From the NCBI RefSeq assembly GCF_001194135.2, contig NC_068986.1, positions 66,199,315 through 66,263,314 on the forward strand: 64,000 nt of DNA, given 5' to 3'. A program made the translations under genes and the position numbers. How positions within the stretch are numbered: position 1 is the stretch's first letter; each line of letters begins with the position of its first letter. This document shows, piece by piece, positions 41,875-54,280 of the stretch. A model generated the notes under the pieces. That model did no database searches, was not told the DNA's origin, and worked only from the letters and a program-made list of their open reading frames with translations. Source of the stretch: Octopus bimaculoides. Its lineage: Eukaryota.

Positions 41875-43479
41875 CTAGATAAAACACAATAAAAAGTGAG
41901 CCCTCATGCAATCACTCAACATGCTAAAAGCAGCAATCAGATTCCCTCAAATCATACTGCCTTAAAGAAGGATACACTGGATTATGGTAGTCCTAGATAT
42001 ACAAAACAAGGAGGATGGTCAGGAATGTCTTTGATTATACATCTAAACAACATTTAGATATCCTCTCCAACCCATACACTACAAAGGAAAACTAAAAATT
42101 GCTTTATATTTATTTAGAAACAAGAAAAGAGATTGAGTGCCATTAGTGTTTTTTTGTATGGGTATTACAAGAGAAACGTTTACAGCAGAACCAAAACCAG
42201 ATGTAAACCATTATGAACAATATCTGAGGAGATTTCAATAATGTTAATTAGTCAGTCAAAATCCAAATAAAATGTCATAAATTTATATTATTTATATACT
42301 AAATATCAATACTCTTCAAATTTGACATTAAATACCCAAAAGTTTAAAAGAACCAACCAAGTCGTCAGGTCACTGAGTAAACATTATCAGTGACCTTCCA
42401 TGAACAATATTATCACAGAAAATATAAAGAGTAGCTGTAAAGCTGATATCTCCATTTAAGCCCATTAACAAGTACAAGGTTTTATGGTTCAGATGAAAAA
42501 TTTCCATAAACATATAAAGCAATTTCTAACAGTGGAGCACCGATGAAACGAGAATATGTTGGATATTACGTGTTTGTAAAATAAATCCCATGAATGATTT
42601 TTAACATAAATACAAGATTTTCAATTAAGTGTATGGAGTACAGTTAGATACATCACTTCACTGGTACTTTTATTAGTGCCAGAAAGATGCAAAGTCAATA
42701 CCAGAGAGAATTGAACTCAGAATATAAATAGCAGTAGTAGTCTGGCATTCCACCATTTCTTTCAACCCATCATGAATGACAATATGCAACATTTACAAAT
42801 AATACGAAAGAGAATGGATATAGTTATGGGGTAGAAATTGTAGCAAACCATGATGTCTAATAAATGTATCTTAATAAATTACCCAAGATTTAGGTGAACT
42901 GAAATATTTTAAAGATCTCTAGGACAAAAATATATTATAGATCTCATGTTAAACCCAACTTTAATATTCTATGCTAATATACTTTATAAAATTCGCATTT
43001 TTTAATATATGTTGGTTTAACCAAGTCAGCTCTAAATTGCTTTGCTTTTTTAAAAAATAGTTTTTTTATCTATTCTACTTTCATACTAAATTGCTATCAT
43101 GGGTGTCCCAACATCCTCAATACTACCCTATACTCATTGTATGGCAATAAGGTCAGATTCCTTTATTAAGAGAAAAGGTGTATCTATCATTTGTAGCAGT
43201 TTCAGATGTTACATATACATGTACAAGTGAAATCAGTCCCCTCTCAGCAACAGATCATACATCCATCAGAAAGTAAAACCTTAAGATTAAGAAGCTAGGA
43301 GCCATTTTCATACAAAATGTGTTGGACATGAAACTGCCAATTTTAAAGAGTTCAAATCTGATCTAAAAAAAAAAAAGCTTATATCATAATTTTATGAATT
43401 ACTGTTTTTAAAAGTTTCAAACACTAGCTTTAATAATGGGTTGTTTTACAAAATCCTTCCAAATTTTTGAATGGTCTCA

Positions 43480-44341
43480 AATTTTTGACATCAAATCCCA
43501 TAAATTTGACACTTAGTCCCACACTAGTTTATACTGCCAATATATTTCGATTTCTATTGTCCAACAATTATATTTATTGCAAACCTCTCGTAATATATAA
43601 AAAACAATGAATTAAAATATATCAACTTCGAATTCATAATCATGTATAAATACACGCCTGGTCTAACAAAAAAGAAAGAAAAGAAAAAAAGGAAAAAAGG
43701 AAACAACTAGCAATTTGGTATTTTTCTCAGAAATACAAACACCTACACAACGATGACAAATGTGCATAATGTATACAAATTAACAACTGTTTCATTGGAA
43801 GAAACAGATGACCTGAAGCATCAACTTAGAGCAGACCGGTGAAGTTAACATTTACTTCTTCCAATATAATCATCATCTTCATCATCATTGTTTAACGTCC
43901 ACTTTCCATGCTGGCATGGGTTGGACGGTTTGACGGAGGACTGGCAAGCCAGGAAGCTGCACCAGGATCCAATCTGATCTGGCAAGGTTTCTACAGCTGG
44001 ATGCCTTTCTTAATGCCAACCACTCCAAGAATGTAGTAGGTGATTTTACATGCCACCAGCACAAAAGCCAGTCAGACGGCACTGTCATTGACACTCGAAT
44101 GTTGCTTTTTACATGCCACCAGCACTGGAGCCAGTCAGGCAGCACTGGCATCAGCCATGCTTGAATGGTGCTTTTTACGTGCCACCAGCACAGGAGCCAG
44201 TCGGGTGGCACTGGCATCGATCACACCTGTATGGTGCTTTTTATGTGCCACCGGCACAACTATAGTAAGTTTTATGAAATAAATAAAGACAAAAAAGGTA
44301 CTGAAGAGAGAATGCCAATCAAGTAGATAAATGACAAAATT
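43480..44341. repeat. Local duplication copy 1 (order A-B), interrupted by a SINE at about 43870-44258
   Basis: 43480-43790 matches 46954-47270. 43796-43866 plus 44259-44341 matches 46767-46925. Confidence 0.9.
43870..44258 (-). mobile_element. SINE family 3 inserted within segment B of the duplication
   Basis: (CAT)n TGTTTAACGTCCACTTTCCATGCTGGCATGGG start, followed by an internal tandem array. The flanks are contiguous in copy 2. Confidence 0.9.
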
Positions 44342-44623
44342 AATTGGAAAACATATACAGTCCTGCAAATATAGTCCTGGTGCCAACTGCAAAGCCAGAA
44401 ATGTGGTCTACAAAATAAGCTGTATGGATGGTGAGTGTAAAAACAGAAACACGATATACATAGGTGAAACGGCAAGAAGTTTGGCTGAGCGTGTAAACGA
44501 ACATTGGAGGGACTATAATAATCAAAAACAAACCTCGGTGCTCTACCAGCATGCCAAAGAACAACATGGTGGTGTACTGGACAGAATTAGCATAGAAATC
44601 CTGTCTAGACACCCCGGTGACGC
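44337..44623 (+). mobile_element. Penelope-like retroelement GIY-YIG endonuclease fragment
   Basis: The open frame reads KLIGKHIQSCKYSPGANCKARNVVYKISCMDGECKNRNTIYIGETARSLAERVNEH..SVLYQHAKEQH..IEILSRHPGDA. It has VVY-x-I-x-C..C..YIGET..R..EH..H..H, the PLE GIY-YIG pattern, and is truncated by a SINE tail at about 44624. Confidence 0.9.
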
Positions 44624-46761
44624 ATCATCATCATCATCATCATCATCGTTTAACGTCCGCTTTNNNNNNNNNNNNNNNNNNNNNNNNNNNNNNNNNNNNN
44701 NNNNNNNNNNNNNNNNNNNNNNNNNNNNNNNNNNNNNNNNNNNNNNNNNNNNNNNNNNNNNNNNNNNNNNNNNNNNNNNNNNNNNNNNNNNNNNNNNNNN
44801 NNNNNNNNNNNNNNNNNNNNNNNNNNNNNNNNNNNNNNNNNNNNNNNNNNNNNNNNNNNNNNNNNNNNNNNNNNNNNNNNNNNNNNNNNNNNNNNNNNNN
44901 NNNNNNNNNNNNNNNNNNNNNNNNNNNNNNNNNNNNNNNNNNNNNNNNNNNNNNNNNNNNNNNNNNNNNNNNNNNNAAGTCTATCTGATCTGATATAAAC
45001 GAAATTGTTACAAACACACATATGGACGCACATACTTACATATAAGCACGAACACATAAGTGCGTGCACATATGAGTGTGCACACATACGAGCTTGCACA
45101 CACTCACATGCTCATACCGAACAGTTTCGAAACAACGCCAAAACAACGCCAGATCATACATTCAAAATAAATGGAAGTGGAGAGACAAGTTACTGAAGAG
45201 ATTGCAAGAGTGCAATGAAATAATTTAACAAAAACTATATAAATTAATAAAGGACTGAACCAGTGCATGTGTTTATTACTGGCATAATGCCTCTCCCAAG
45301 GTTTAATTGTATTTCTTTCAACACACGTATCCACATCAAGAATCTTGCACACGAAATACACATACGAAATATACAGTGTATTCCACTAAAAATGTCATCA
45401 CAAAAGAGTTAAAAAGACCTGTATAATTGTAAACTGAATATTTCCTCTTCCTATAAATAAAACATTTAAATTACACTTATACATGCTTTTATTGCATTAA
45501 AATATAAGTAATGGAAGGAAAATGTATTTCCTGACCATCATTTCAATTTATTATAGTCTCATCAAAGAATCTTGAGTTTAGTCATAAAGAAAGATGAGTG
45601 CTCCTCTTTAAAATTTCATTGTATGATTAAGTACTTGAAATTACAAATTTGTAATGACTACACAAGTGAAACATATTTGACCACAAGAAGTTTATTACAA
45701 TGTCTACGATGTAATGAGTAATTTTCTTGGCATACTTTGAATGACCTTTAAAAGCTATCAAGTCTAATAATGGCTATTACTTATATGTAAATCTCTGATG
45801 TCAGTTAGTTAACCCTTTGCGTTTAATGGCCTCAACAGCAACTACATTAAATTATTAACATTTCAAATCCAAGCATATAAAACAAGAGACTAAAACACTA
45901 TATGGTATTAATGAAATGCAAAACAGAGGGCAGCTGACTGCTCCATATTTGAAAAGCACAAATAAATAATAAACTTAGGGTTCATGAAAAATTCATACTG
46001 ATTCATGAATTAGCATGGAAATGTTTTTTGTTTCTAAATGTTCCAGATCGAGAATTTCATTTACTTTTGTTAGCACAACCTATTCAATACCAACAGCAAT
46101 TTATATGAGTTACTAAGGGACCATCTATACAGCTGCTCAACCTGCTAGACATAGCAGCTCAAATCACAACCTACTATCTTGAAAAAAAGTAAGGCTACGT
46201 TTAGGTAATGTAGTCAAAAATACACAAAAAAGACTGTCTTTGAACATGAGTCTACTCAATCAGAACTAACAACTTATTCCTATGCAAAACTGACCCAATG
46301 AGAATAACATATAGAAAGAATAAATATGAAATTATTAGATTCCATTTTTAATTGATATCACCAAGTTTGATTTGTTTTGGTAGCTGCTGCTTTCTAAATT
46401 GCAATATGTAGCACTAGAAACCACCTATGAGTTGATGAAGGAGCCATTGTGATTTGCATAACCTGCTAGAAATAGCAGTCAAATCTCAAATTATACTCTG
46501 CAGTCTTAAGAGAAAAACAAACTTTGAATAATGTATCATAACTAAACTGTAGCTGAAAATTTTTTTTAAAAAAGTAGAAGTGATGGCCAGAACACTTAAT
46601 CAGATTTACTCAATCAGGATTGATCTGACTAACCAAGAAGAAAAAAACTTACATATCTTTCATTAAATTATGTGTGTTTCCATTTAAAACAGAATCTATG
46701 ATGCACCGATTTGTTAAAACTTTGCAGCTTTCACTAGAATTCCATTGTTATTACCATCGGA

Positions 46762-47274
46762 TTACATGGAAGAAACAGTTGACTTGAAGCATCAACTTAG
46801 AGCAGACCGATGAATATAACATTTATTTCTTCCAATTTAATGACTATAATAAATTCTATGAAATAAATAAAGACAAAAAATGTACTGAAGAGAGAATGCC
46901 AATCAAGTTGATAAATGACAAAAATTATCAGTACAAAATATGGTACATTTTATAATTTTTGACATCAAGTTCCATAATAAATTTAACACCTACTCCCACA
47001 CTGCTTTACACTGCCAATATATTTTGATTTCTATTGTCCAACAACTGTATTTATTAAAAACCTTTCAAAATATATTAAAAGCAGGTTATTATGAATTAAA
47101 ATATATCAAATTCAAACTCATAATGATATATACATACAGACCTTGCCTAACAAAAAGAGAAAAGAAAAGAAAATAGGAAACTACAACTAGCAATTTGGTA
47201 TTTTTCTCAGAATACAAACACCTACACAATGATGACAAATGTGCATAATGCATACAAATTAACCACTGTTACAT
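46762..47274. repeat. Local duplication copy 2 (order B-A) bounded by TTACAT direct repeats
   Basis: TTACAT at 46762-46767 and 47269-47274; the segments match copy 1 in permuted order. Confidence 0.9.
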
Positions 47275-47427
47275 CAATCTGAGTGAGATTGCTTTACAGT
47301 TAGTTATTTAGTTTAACATGAATTGCTATTTCCTGTGGAGGAGGTTAATAAAACTATTGCTACACACCCCTCTGTCTTTTAAACATCTTCACAGCAAGAA
47401 ACCAGTCTAAGCAAGAAATTTCACAGA

Positions 47428-47900
47428 TCATCATCATTAACATTTAACAACCATTTTCTATACTGGCATGGGTTGGACAGCTTGACAGGAACTGCTAAGG
47501 CCAGGATCCACAACAAGTCCCTTAGTTTGTTTTGGTTTCTATAGCTGGATGCCCTTCCTGATGCTAACCACTTTACAGAGTGTACTGGGTGTTTTTTTAT
47601 GTGGCACCAGTGCCAGTGCTTTTTACATGGCACGAGCACCAGTGCTTTTATATGGCACGAGCACCAGTGCTTTTATATGGCACAAGCACCAGTGCTTTTT
47701 ATGTGACACCAGCACCCACACCAATGCTTTTTATATGGCACCTTGGTTTTAGGATATCAATTTTGTTGTGGTGTGCAGGTCTTCTTGAGAACAGCAATGC
47801 TCCACATACCTCGTCATCTTTGTAACACCCTGCATTTTGAGATCAGTCTTCAATACTTCATCTCAGGTCTTCCTGGGTGTCTCTCTGCTATAACTTGCCT
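47428..47900 (-). mobile_element. SINE family 3 with internal tandem array
   Basis: (CAT)n TAACATTTAAC..GGCATGGGTTGGAC..AGCTGGATGCCCTTCC..(GCACCAGTGCTTTTATATG)n. Confidence 0.8.
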
Positions 47901-48991
47901 TTACTTTTAGTGGTCAACACTTCTTCATGCAACATTTAAACATTAGCCTCACGCTGGTTTTTTTTTTTTTTTTCTTTTTTAACAATGTTTTAGGGTCAAG
48001 CACAAACAAAAATACTTCAGAATTTCTTTGATATACATGCCAAAGCAGACATTGGGGACAGATGCAGTCCTGGAACACATCAGTTCCTGTCATATCATCC
48101 AAGCCGTTTCAGCATGGGACAAAAGCATTAAATAATGATGAAAATAAGAAATTAATATATAAGCTCAATGTGTCCACACACACAAAGAAAATATACAAAA
48201 TCCAACAATTTTGTTATTTAAATCCATTCCATATAAAAATGAAATATGTAATAGGTTTGTTATATAAACACATACATTAGTATCAAATAACAGTTGGAAA
48301 CTAACACAAGTCAAACTAATTAATGTATGATGTTAAGGCAAGCTAAGAGAGAGTTATCTCTATAATGAAAAAGAAGAAAAGAAAAATGACATTTCTACAG
48401 CACCAAACATGCCCTCAAATTCCATTTATAGCAAATAACATAGTTAACCTATCCTTAAAGCTGGGAAATGTTGGCAAGAGAGTGGAATGCCAGATATTTT
48501 TTTTTTTTTTTTTATGGGTGAATCTAGTTCATTATCAGTCTGGACTCAAATTCTAACAAGACCAGCTTTACCTTTCATTTATCACAAGGAATTTATACTG
48601 AATAATCAAGGCCATGGAGTTGAAAAATTGCAGCCAGAAGGATATATTATTGGATTACTAGAGCTAGTAAAAATATACCTACTCCAAATGTAATATAGAA
48701 CATGTTAAAATTTCCAATTTCACAGATACTAATATAAAAATAATCTAATCACATTTTAGGATCTGGTAAACATTATTCTGTCTCTAAGAACCAGATGTTC
48801 ATAAATTTTAGATTCAATTTTTTCTATTTAACACCTATTCAACAGATAGGTGTTCTTTAATAAATTTTTTAGGGATAAACTTTTTAATCCTGAACAAGAG
48901 AGTTTTTATTCTATTTCATATAATCTTCCTACCATATTTACTGGAATTTTATATTCAAACAATGCTTTAATCTCAAAGAAGAAGGGTTATA

Positions 48992-49173
48992 TACAAGGGA
49001 GTGCTGAAAAGTTTCTGGCTTTGAGTACAAGAAAATACAGGAGAATCAGATTCACACGTTTATTGTAGCAGTCATTCAGTTTTTCTAAGCCTTGTAAAAG
49101 AACTTGGAAGGTTGGACCTCCAACTGGGCCTTCCATGATACCCTTAAAGCCAGGAACTTTTCAGCAACCCTTT
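48992..49173. mobile_element. Mariner-derived miniature element
   Basis: TIRs GGGAGTGCTGAAAAGTTTCTGGCTTT / AAAGCCAGGAACTTTTCAGCAACCC. Confidence 0.75.
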
Positions 49174-49571
49174 TAACCTGAATTTATTTCTTTTAAAATA
49201 GTCATTTGTTAAGTTACTTTATGTATTTAGCCTTTTAAGTTTAAAGTATTTTAGATTTTTGAACTGGCAAACAAAGATGTTCTTGGATTTTAATGTTAAA
49301 TTTTGCTTTTTTATAATTTAGTCTTCAAATAAAAGTCCCCCATCTGCAATTTTTTAAATTCTGCCTTATGCTTAATTGTCTGTAACTTTAATAAATGCAA
49401 AAATGCCACAGCAATAGAGCTATGACGTTTAAGTTGAAACTTTAATGGGCTAGGATGTTAGAAAGTAACCTGAGGATTCACACTAGCCATGTGGATTGTG
49501 TGGCTTCAGTGAATACAAGAAATATGTGATTAGTTTAATTACAAATAAAGGAGTTGGAGGTATACAATATA

Positions 49572-49831
49572 TTAACCCTTTCGTTACTGTATTTATTTTG
49601 AGATGCTCTGTGTTTCTTTCAATTACTTTATATATAACAAAGAATTTAGTAAAATAACTTAGTTATCATTCAGCTAGTGTTAGGAACATAAATTGTGACT
49701 AAGGTTTGGTGGAAGATTTTAATTCAGAACTTACAATAACCAGACATTTGTATTCAGAGCCAGAGCCGGTTTCAGCCAGAGCCGGTTTCAGCCAGAGCCG
49801 GTTTCAGCCAGGTTGGTAACAAAAGGGTTAA
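49572..49831. mobile_element. TTAA-flanked MITE, family A, with an internal 16-bp triplication
   Basis: TTAACCCTTTCGTTAC / GTAACAAAAGGGTTAA; (AGCCAGAGCCGGTTTC)x3 at 49758-49805. Confidence 0.9.
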
Positions 49832-50744
49832 GGAGTTAAAGAATTAATATCCATAGGCCATATACGTATAATCAACTAGATTCTTCTAGAATAATTAGCC
49901 TGGTCGAAACAAAAGATATCATGTAACATCCAACAAGGTATAGGTTGTAGATAGACCAGTCACTCAACACCCATTTCTGTAATATTGATAGGTATAGGAA
50001 GTTAACAAATCCTGGACAGAATGCTAATATCTGTTAAAGGTAACATTCTTGAAAAGATCTCCCTCATAACATTTCATCAACGTATAAAATGTCTTTGGTG
50101 GGCTTTTAAAGGTCAATGCTCAATGTGGTTTCATGTTTTCAGTGGATAAGATTGCCAAGCTATCTCATATAACATTCCCAAATGAACTGACACTTTATTC
50201 CGAATTGAGTTTAATGTCCCAATACCCAACAAAACAAACACCTGCAGATAAAATAAGTTTGTGTTGCCATTTCATTTTAGCTGATACATGTTGAGAAGAG
50301 GTAAACAGAATTAAATAGCTTACTAAGAGATACAGGATACTGGCAACAGGTAAAATAAACTCACCATTGTGTTAATAAAGAAACAAATAAAAAAAAATAT
50401 ATATATATGCACAAACACAATGTGCTTCCACCCAGTTTCCCCTCTACCAAATTTACTCACGAGGCATTGACTGGCCTGGCACTATAACAAAAGACACTTG
50501 ACCAAGGTGCCACACAGTTTGACTGAATCTGAAACCACATGGTTGCAAAGTGAACATCTTACGCATGCAGCCATGTTTACTCCTATATGCTTCTATAAAA
50601 TTTCTGTTGATTATAATCTTCACAGTTTATATTGTTAATTTTGGGAAATATTTTCATGTGTGGATAGTATAGTCTGGTTATTTTACTATTTAAGTTTTAT
50701 TTTGAGGAACATTGGCACCCTAGTGTTAAACTGTTAAAATTGTT

Positions 50745-50982
50745 ATTTTAACATTCAGATAATTCTGTCAAATGTAATGCTTGTTTATTCACATTGTTTT
50801 GAATTAATCAGACATTATTTCAAAGCTTTGAAATTTTGATGATGCATTATGACATCGAAATTTGGTGACATGATTGTATATTTTTAGTATGACATTGTAG
50901 AGTACATGTAGGAGGCCAAATCTGGCCAGTTTGAATAAGACAGGTAGAACATTTGGGCTAGATATGGTCAGTTTAGGGTTAA
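50745..50982. mobile_element. MITE family B
   Basis: ACATTCAGATAATTCTGTCAAATGTAATGC ... GATATGGTCAGTTTAGGGTTAA. Confidence 0.75.
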
Positions 50983-51865
50983 AGTTTGCAACTGATATTT
51001 ATAATGTGTCAAGATGTGTGTATGACTTGGTCAAACTAGTTGAAAATCAGTGCCATTACATTTGTAATGTTTGGCATTATACAAGAATCAAAGTTTATAA
51101 CAATTGAAATAGATTCTTTTTTGTTCGGTTATTTAGATGAATTTTCAGATTCATCTGATCTGCACAAGAATGTACAAAAACATTAAAAAATGTCAAAGGA
51201 ACAACATATAAACGCATCAAGAAATAGTCACTGTAAAGTGATAAATGGATGTTAAAGTTGAGTTTAAAAGATATGTCACTGAAGACGTAATATCACTAGT
51301 TTAAATATATCCTGTGAAATCTAGGTGCCCCTTATATTATATACATATATATATATATACATACACACACACACACACATATATATATATATGCATGTAT
51401 GTATGTACATATGTATGCATGTCTTTGTGTGTGTTCCCCACCACTGCTTGACAACCAGTCTAGGTTTGTTTATGGTCCCCATAACTTAGCAGTTCAGCAA
51501 AGACCAATAAAATAAGTGCTGGGGGTAATTTGTTTGACTAAACTTTTGAAGGTGGTGCCACATTTCAATGATTGAATTAAGGTGTGTGTGTGTGTGTGTG
51601 TTTTCATTTTATTGTCTGTTTTTCCATGCTTGCATGGATTCGGATGGGGAGTTATTTGAACCAGATGCTACCAGTTTTCAAACAAGGGATATCTTTATTC
51701 CAGAGATCCTCAATTAATTAGCCATAATGTCTACAAGTAATGGCGAGCATGCACAAACACACACAACATTCATGCATGCATATATGCATACAACAGGTGC
51801 TTGTAATTTCTGACAGATTCTACCCCAGGGTCAGTAGCTAACTTAAGGCAAAAGTAGACATTTGC

Positions 51866-52084
51866 TTAACCTTTTAGCATTTAAACTGGCCATATCCAGC
51901 CCAAATATTCTACCTGTTTTATGTTCAAACTGTTAAAATCTTACATCTACCTTACAATGTCAATCTAAAAATATATAATCATATCATTGACATTTCAAAA
52001 TTACGAGATTATGCATGATTAATTTAAAACTGCAAATTAATAAATATTGAATTTGACAGAGTAATCTAAATGCTAAAGGGTTAA
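51866..52084. mobile_element. MITE family B, opposite orientation to 50745-50982
   Basis: TTAACCTTTTAGCATTTAAACTGGCC ... AAATGCTAAAGGGTTAA. Confidence 0.85.
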
Positions 52085-52774
52085 AGTGCCACACAGTGTG
52101 ATCACACTAGGAAACATAGTTGTGAAACAAACTTCTTAATCACACAGTCAAGCCCACTCCCATTATATATCATTTGAAAAACACTTTACGATTCAATATA
52201 AGAAGTTTGCAAATGGTTTTAAATAATCTTCTTGAATAATTTGCTTTAAAATGTACTTCTAAGAAATATTTTCTCACCCTCATTTTCTAGTGTTTCCAAA
52301 TTACTGGTATTTCAGTATCAAATCAAAGGCCACCCACTCAGACCTACTGCCCACACCATTTGAAAATAAACATATTTACTATTTCCTGCAGATGATCAAG
52401 AGGCTTTATTTTTAGCACAAATATGTAATACCTCTTCCTGAGCAAGAATTGTAATAGATAAAGTCACTATGGGAACACACAACAAAATTATTTTAATTCA
52501 GAAGAATTTTGACAGCTTTTTATAGGAGGGGGAGTAAGTGTATTTGTGAGTGAATGTATATATATATATATATATATATATCATCATCATCATCGTTTAA
52601 CGTCCGCTTTCCATGCTAGCATGGGTTGGACGATTTGACTGAGGACTGGTGAAACCGGATGGCAACACCAGGCTCCAATATATATATGCATATATATACA
52701 CACATACACACCACGCATGCACATACATATAAATATATATATACACACACATATATATACATCTATATACATAT

Positions 52775-52951
52775 TGAATGGGAGAAAGAGAGCCTGCCTT
52801 ATGTCGACCCAATAGAGGGACCAGCTATCCGAGTTGATAGTACCAGGGTAGATAAAGCAATTAAGAGTATGAAGACCGGGAAAGCCCCCGGCCCATCAGG
52901 AATCACTGCAGAGATGCTCAAAATATCTGGCAGTGTTGGCTATAGCCTAGT
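52775..52951 (+). mobile_element. RTE-type LINE ORF2 fragment (pre-RT region)
   Basis: EWEKESLPYVDPIEGPAIRVDSTRVDKAIKSMKTGKAPGPSGITAEMLKISG contains the KAPGP.GI..EMLK motif of non-LTR RTs and runs into a gap. Confidence 0.85.
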
Positions 52952-53365
52952 NNNNNNNNNNNNNNNNNNNNNNNNNNNNNNNNNNNNNNNNNNNNNNNNN
53001 NNNNNNNNNNNNNNNNNNNNNNNNNNNNNNNNNNNNNNNNNNNNNNNNNNNNNNNNNNNNNNNNNNNNNNNNNNNNNNNNNNNNNNNNNNNNNNNNNNNN
53101 NNNNNNNNNNNNNNNNNNNNNNNNNNNNNNNNNNNNNNNNNNNNNNNNNNNNNNNNNNNNNNNNNNNNNNNNNNNNNNNNNNNNNNNNNNNNNNNNNNNN
53201 NNNNNNNNNNNNNNNNNNNNNNNNNNNNNNNNNNNNNNNNNNNNNNNNNNNNNNNNNNNNNNNNNNNNNNNNNNNNNNNNNNNNNNNNNNNNNNNNNNNN
53301 NNNNNNNNNNNNNNNNNNNNNNNNNNNNNNNNNNNNNNNNNNNNNNNNNNNNNNNNNNNNNNNNN

Positions 53366-53779
53366 AAAATAATGGAAACACCTTAAAATTTCAAACAAAT
53401 TTATTTTAATATGGGGCAGGACCACCTTTGGCAGTGATTACAGCTTGAATTCTATGAGGTATGAACTCGTACAAAGTTTGAATTGTTTCCAAAGGAATTT
53501 TTGTCCATTCTTCAGCTAAAAGTCTCTAGTTCTTGTAGTGATGGTGGAGGATATCGACTCCTTACTTGTTTTTCTAAAATGCACCACAAATGTTCAATAA
53601 TATTGAAATCTGAGGACTGTGGTGGCCAGATAAGATATTCAACTTCAATAGAATGTTCCTCATGCCATTCAGTAACAACTTTAGCTGTGTAAATTGGTGC
53701 ATTATCATCCTGAAAGATTGCGTTTCCCCCTGGAAACAGTTCCGCAACCATAGGATGAATTTGATCAGATAAAATGCTT
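53366..53779 (-). mobile_element. Tc1 transposase, C-terminal DDE fragment
   Basis: IFQDDNAPIYTAKVV..WPPQSSDFNIIEHLW..; after a frameshift it continues IPHRIQAVITAKGGPAPY*. These are Tc1-family motifs. Confidence 0.92.
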
Positions 53780-54280
53780 AGTCTTGGTCAAGGTTACAAA
53801 AGTATTGAAAAATTAAAACAAAAAAATTCTTTGAAAGCATATATAACATCTCTTGGGTCAAGGATGTTGGAACAACGGTGGTTGAGAAATATGTCACTCA
53901 ATGCATCTGTGAATATCATATAACATCAACGGGAGATGATATTGTGTTTCAACAGTTGACATTCCTTCTGAAGTAGAGTCTAAAATTGTCAATGCCTATC
54001 ATATAAGTAAGATGAAGAAGTTACCAAAATACAAACTTTGTGATTTTTTAAAATCTTTTACTTGTTTCAGTCATTGGACTAGAGCAGTAATTCTAAACCA
54101 TTTCTTTTCTATTTTACTCAAATGGACCCTTATAGTCATTCGATGTTTAAAAAAATCTCATTATATTTATATGATTAAATATTATTAGGAATTGTATAAA
54201 AAAAAAATCATTAAAATATTTTGTGCATTGTAGAAGTAACCAATTTATTGCACCAAAATTTTAACAACAAAATCTTATAT

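Noticed and set aside
43731-43842. Plus-strand exon-like frame NTNTYTTMTNVHNVYKLTTVSLEETDDLKHQLRADR* after a tttttctcag acceptor
   Set aside because: It spans the A-B junction, which is probably novel. Copy 2 has a 1-nt indel and splits the frame, and I recognise no homologue.
49469-49500. CTGAGGA-TTCACA..TGTGGA hammerhead-like start
   Set aside because: There is no GAAA after stem II.
17236-50300. Plus-strand acceptor/donor pairs (e.g. 17236-17270, 23169-23200, 50281-50300)
   Set aside because: They are isolated and give no coherent frame. They show that such signal pairs arise by chance, which also limits confidence in the minus-strand microexons.
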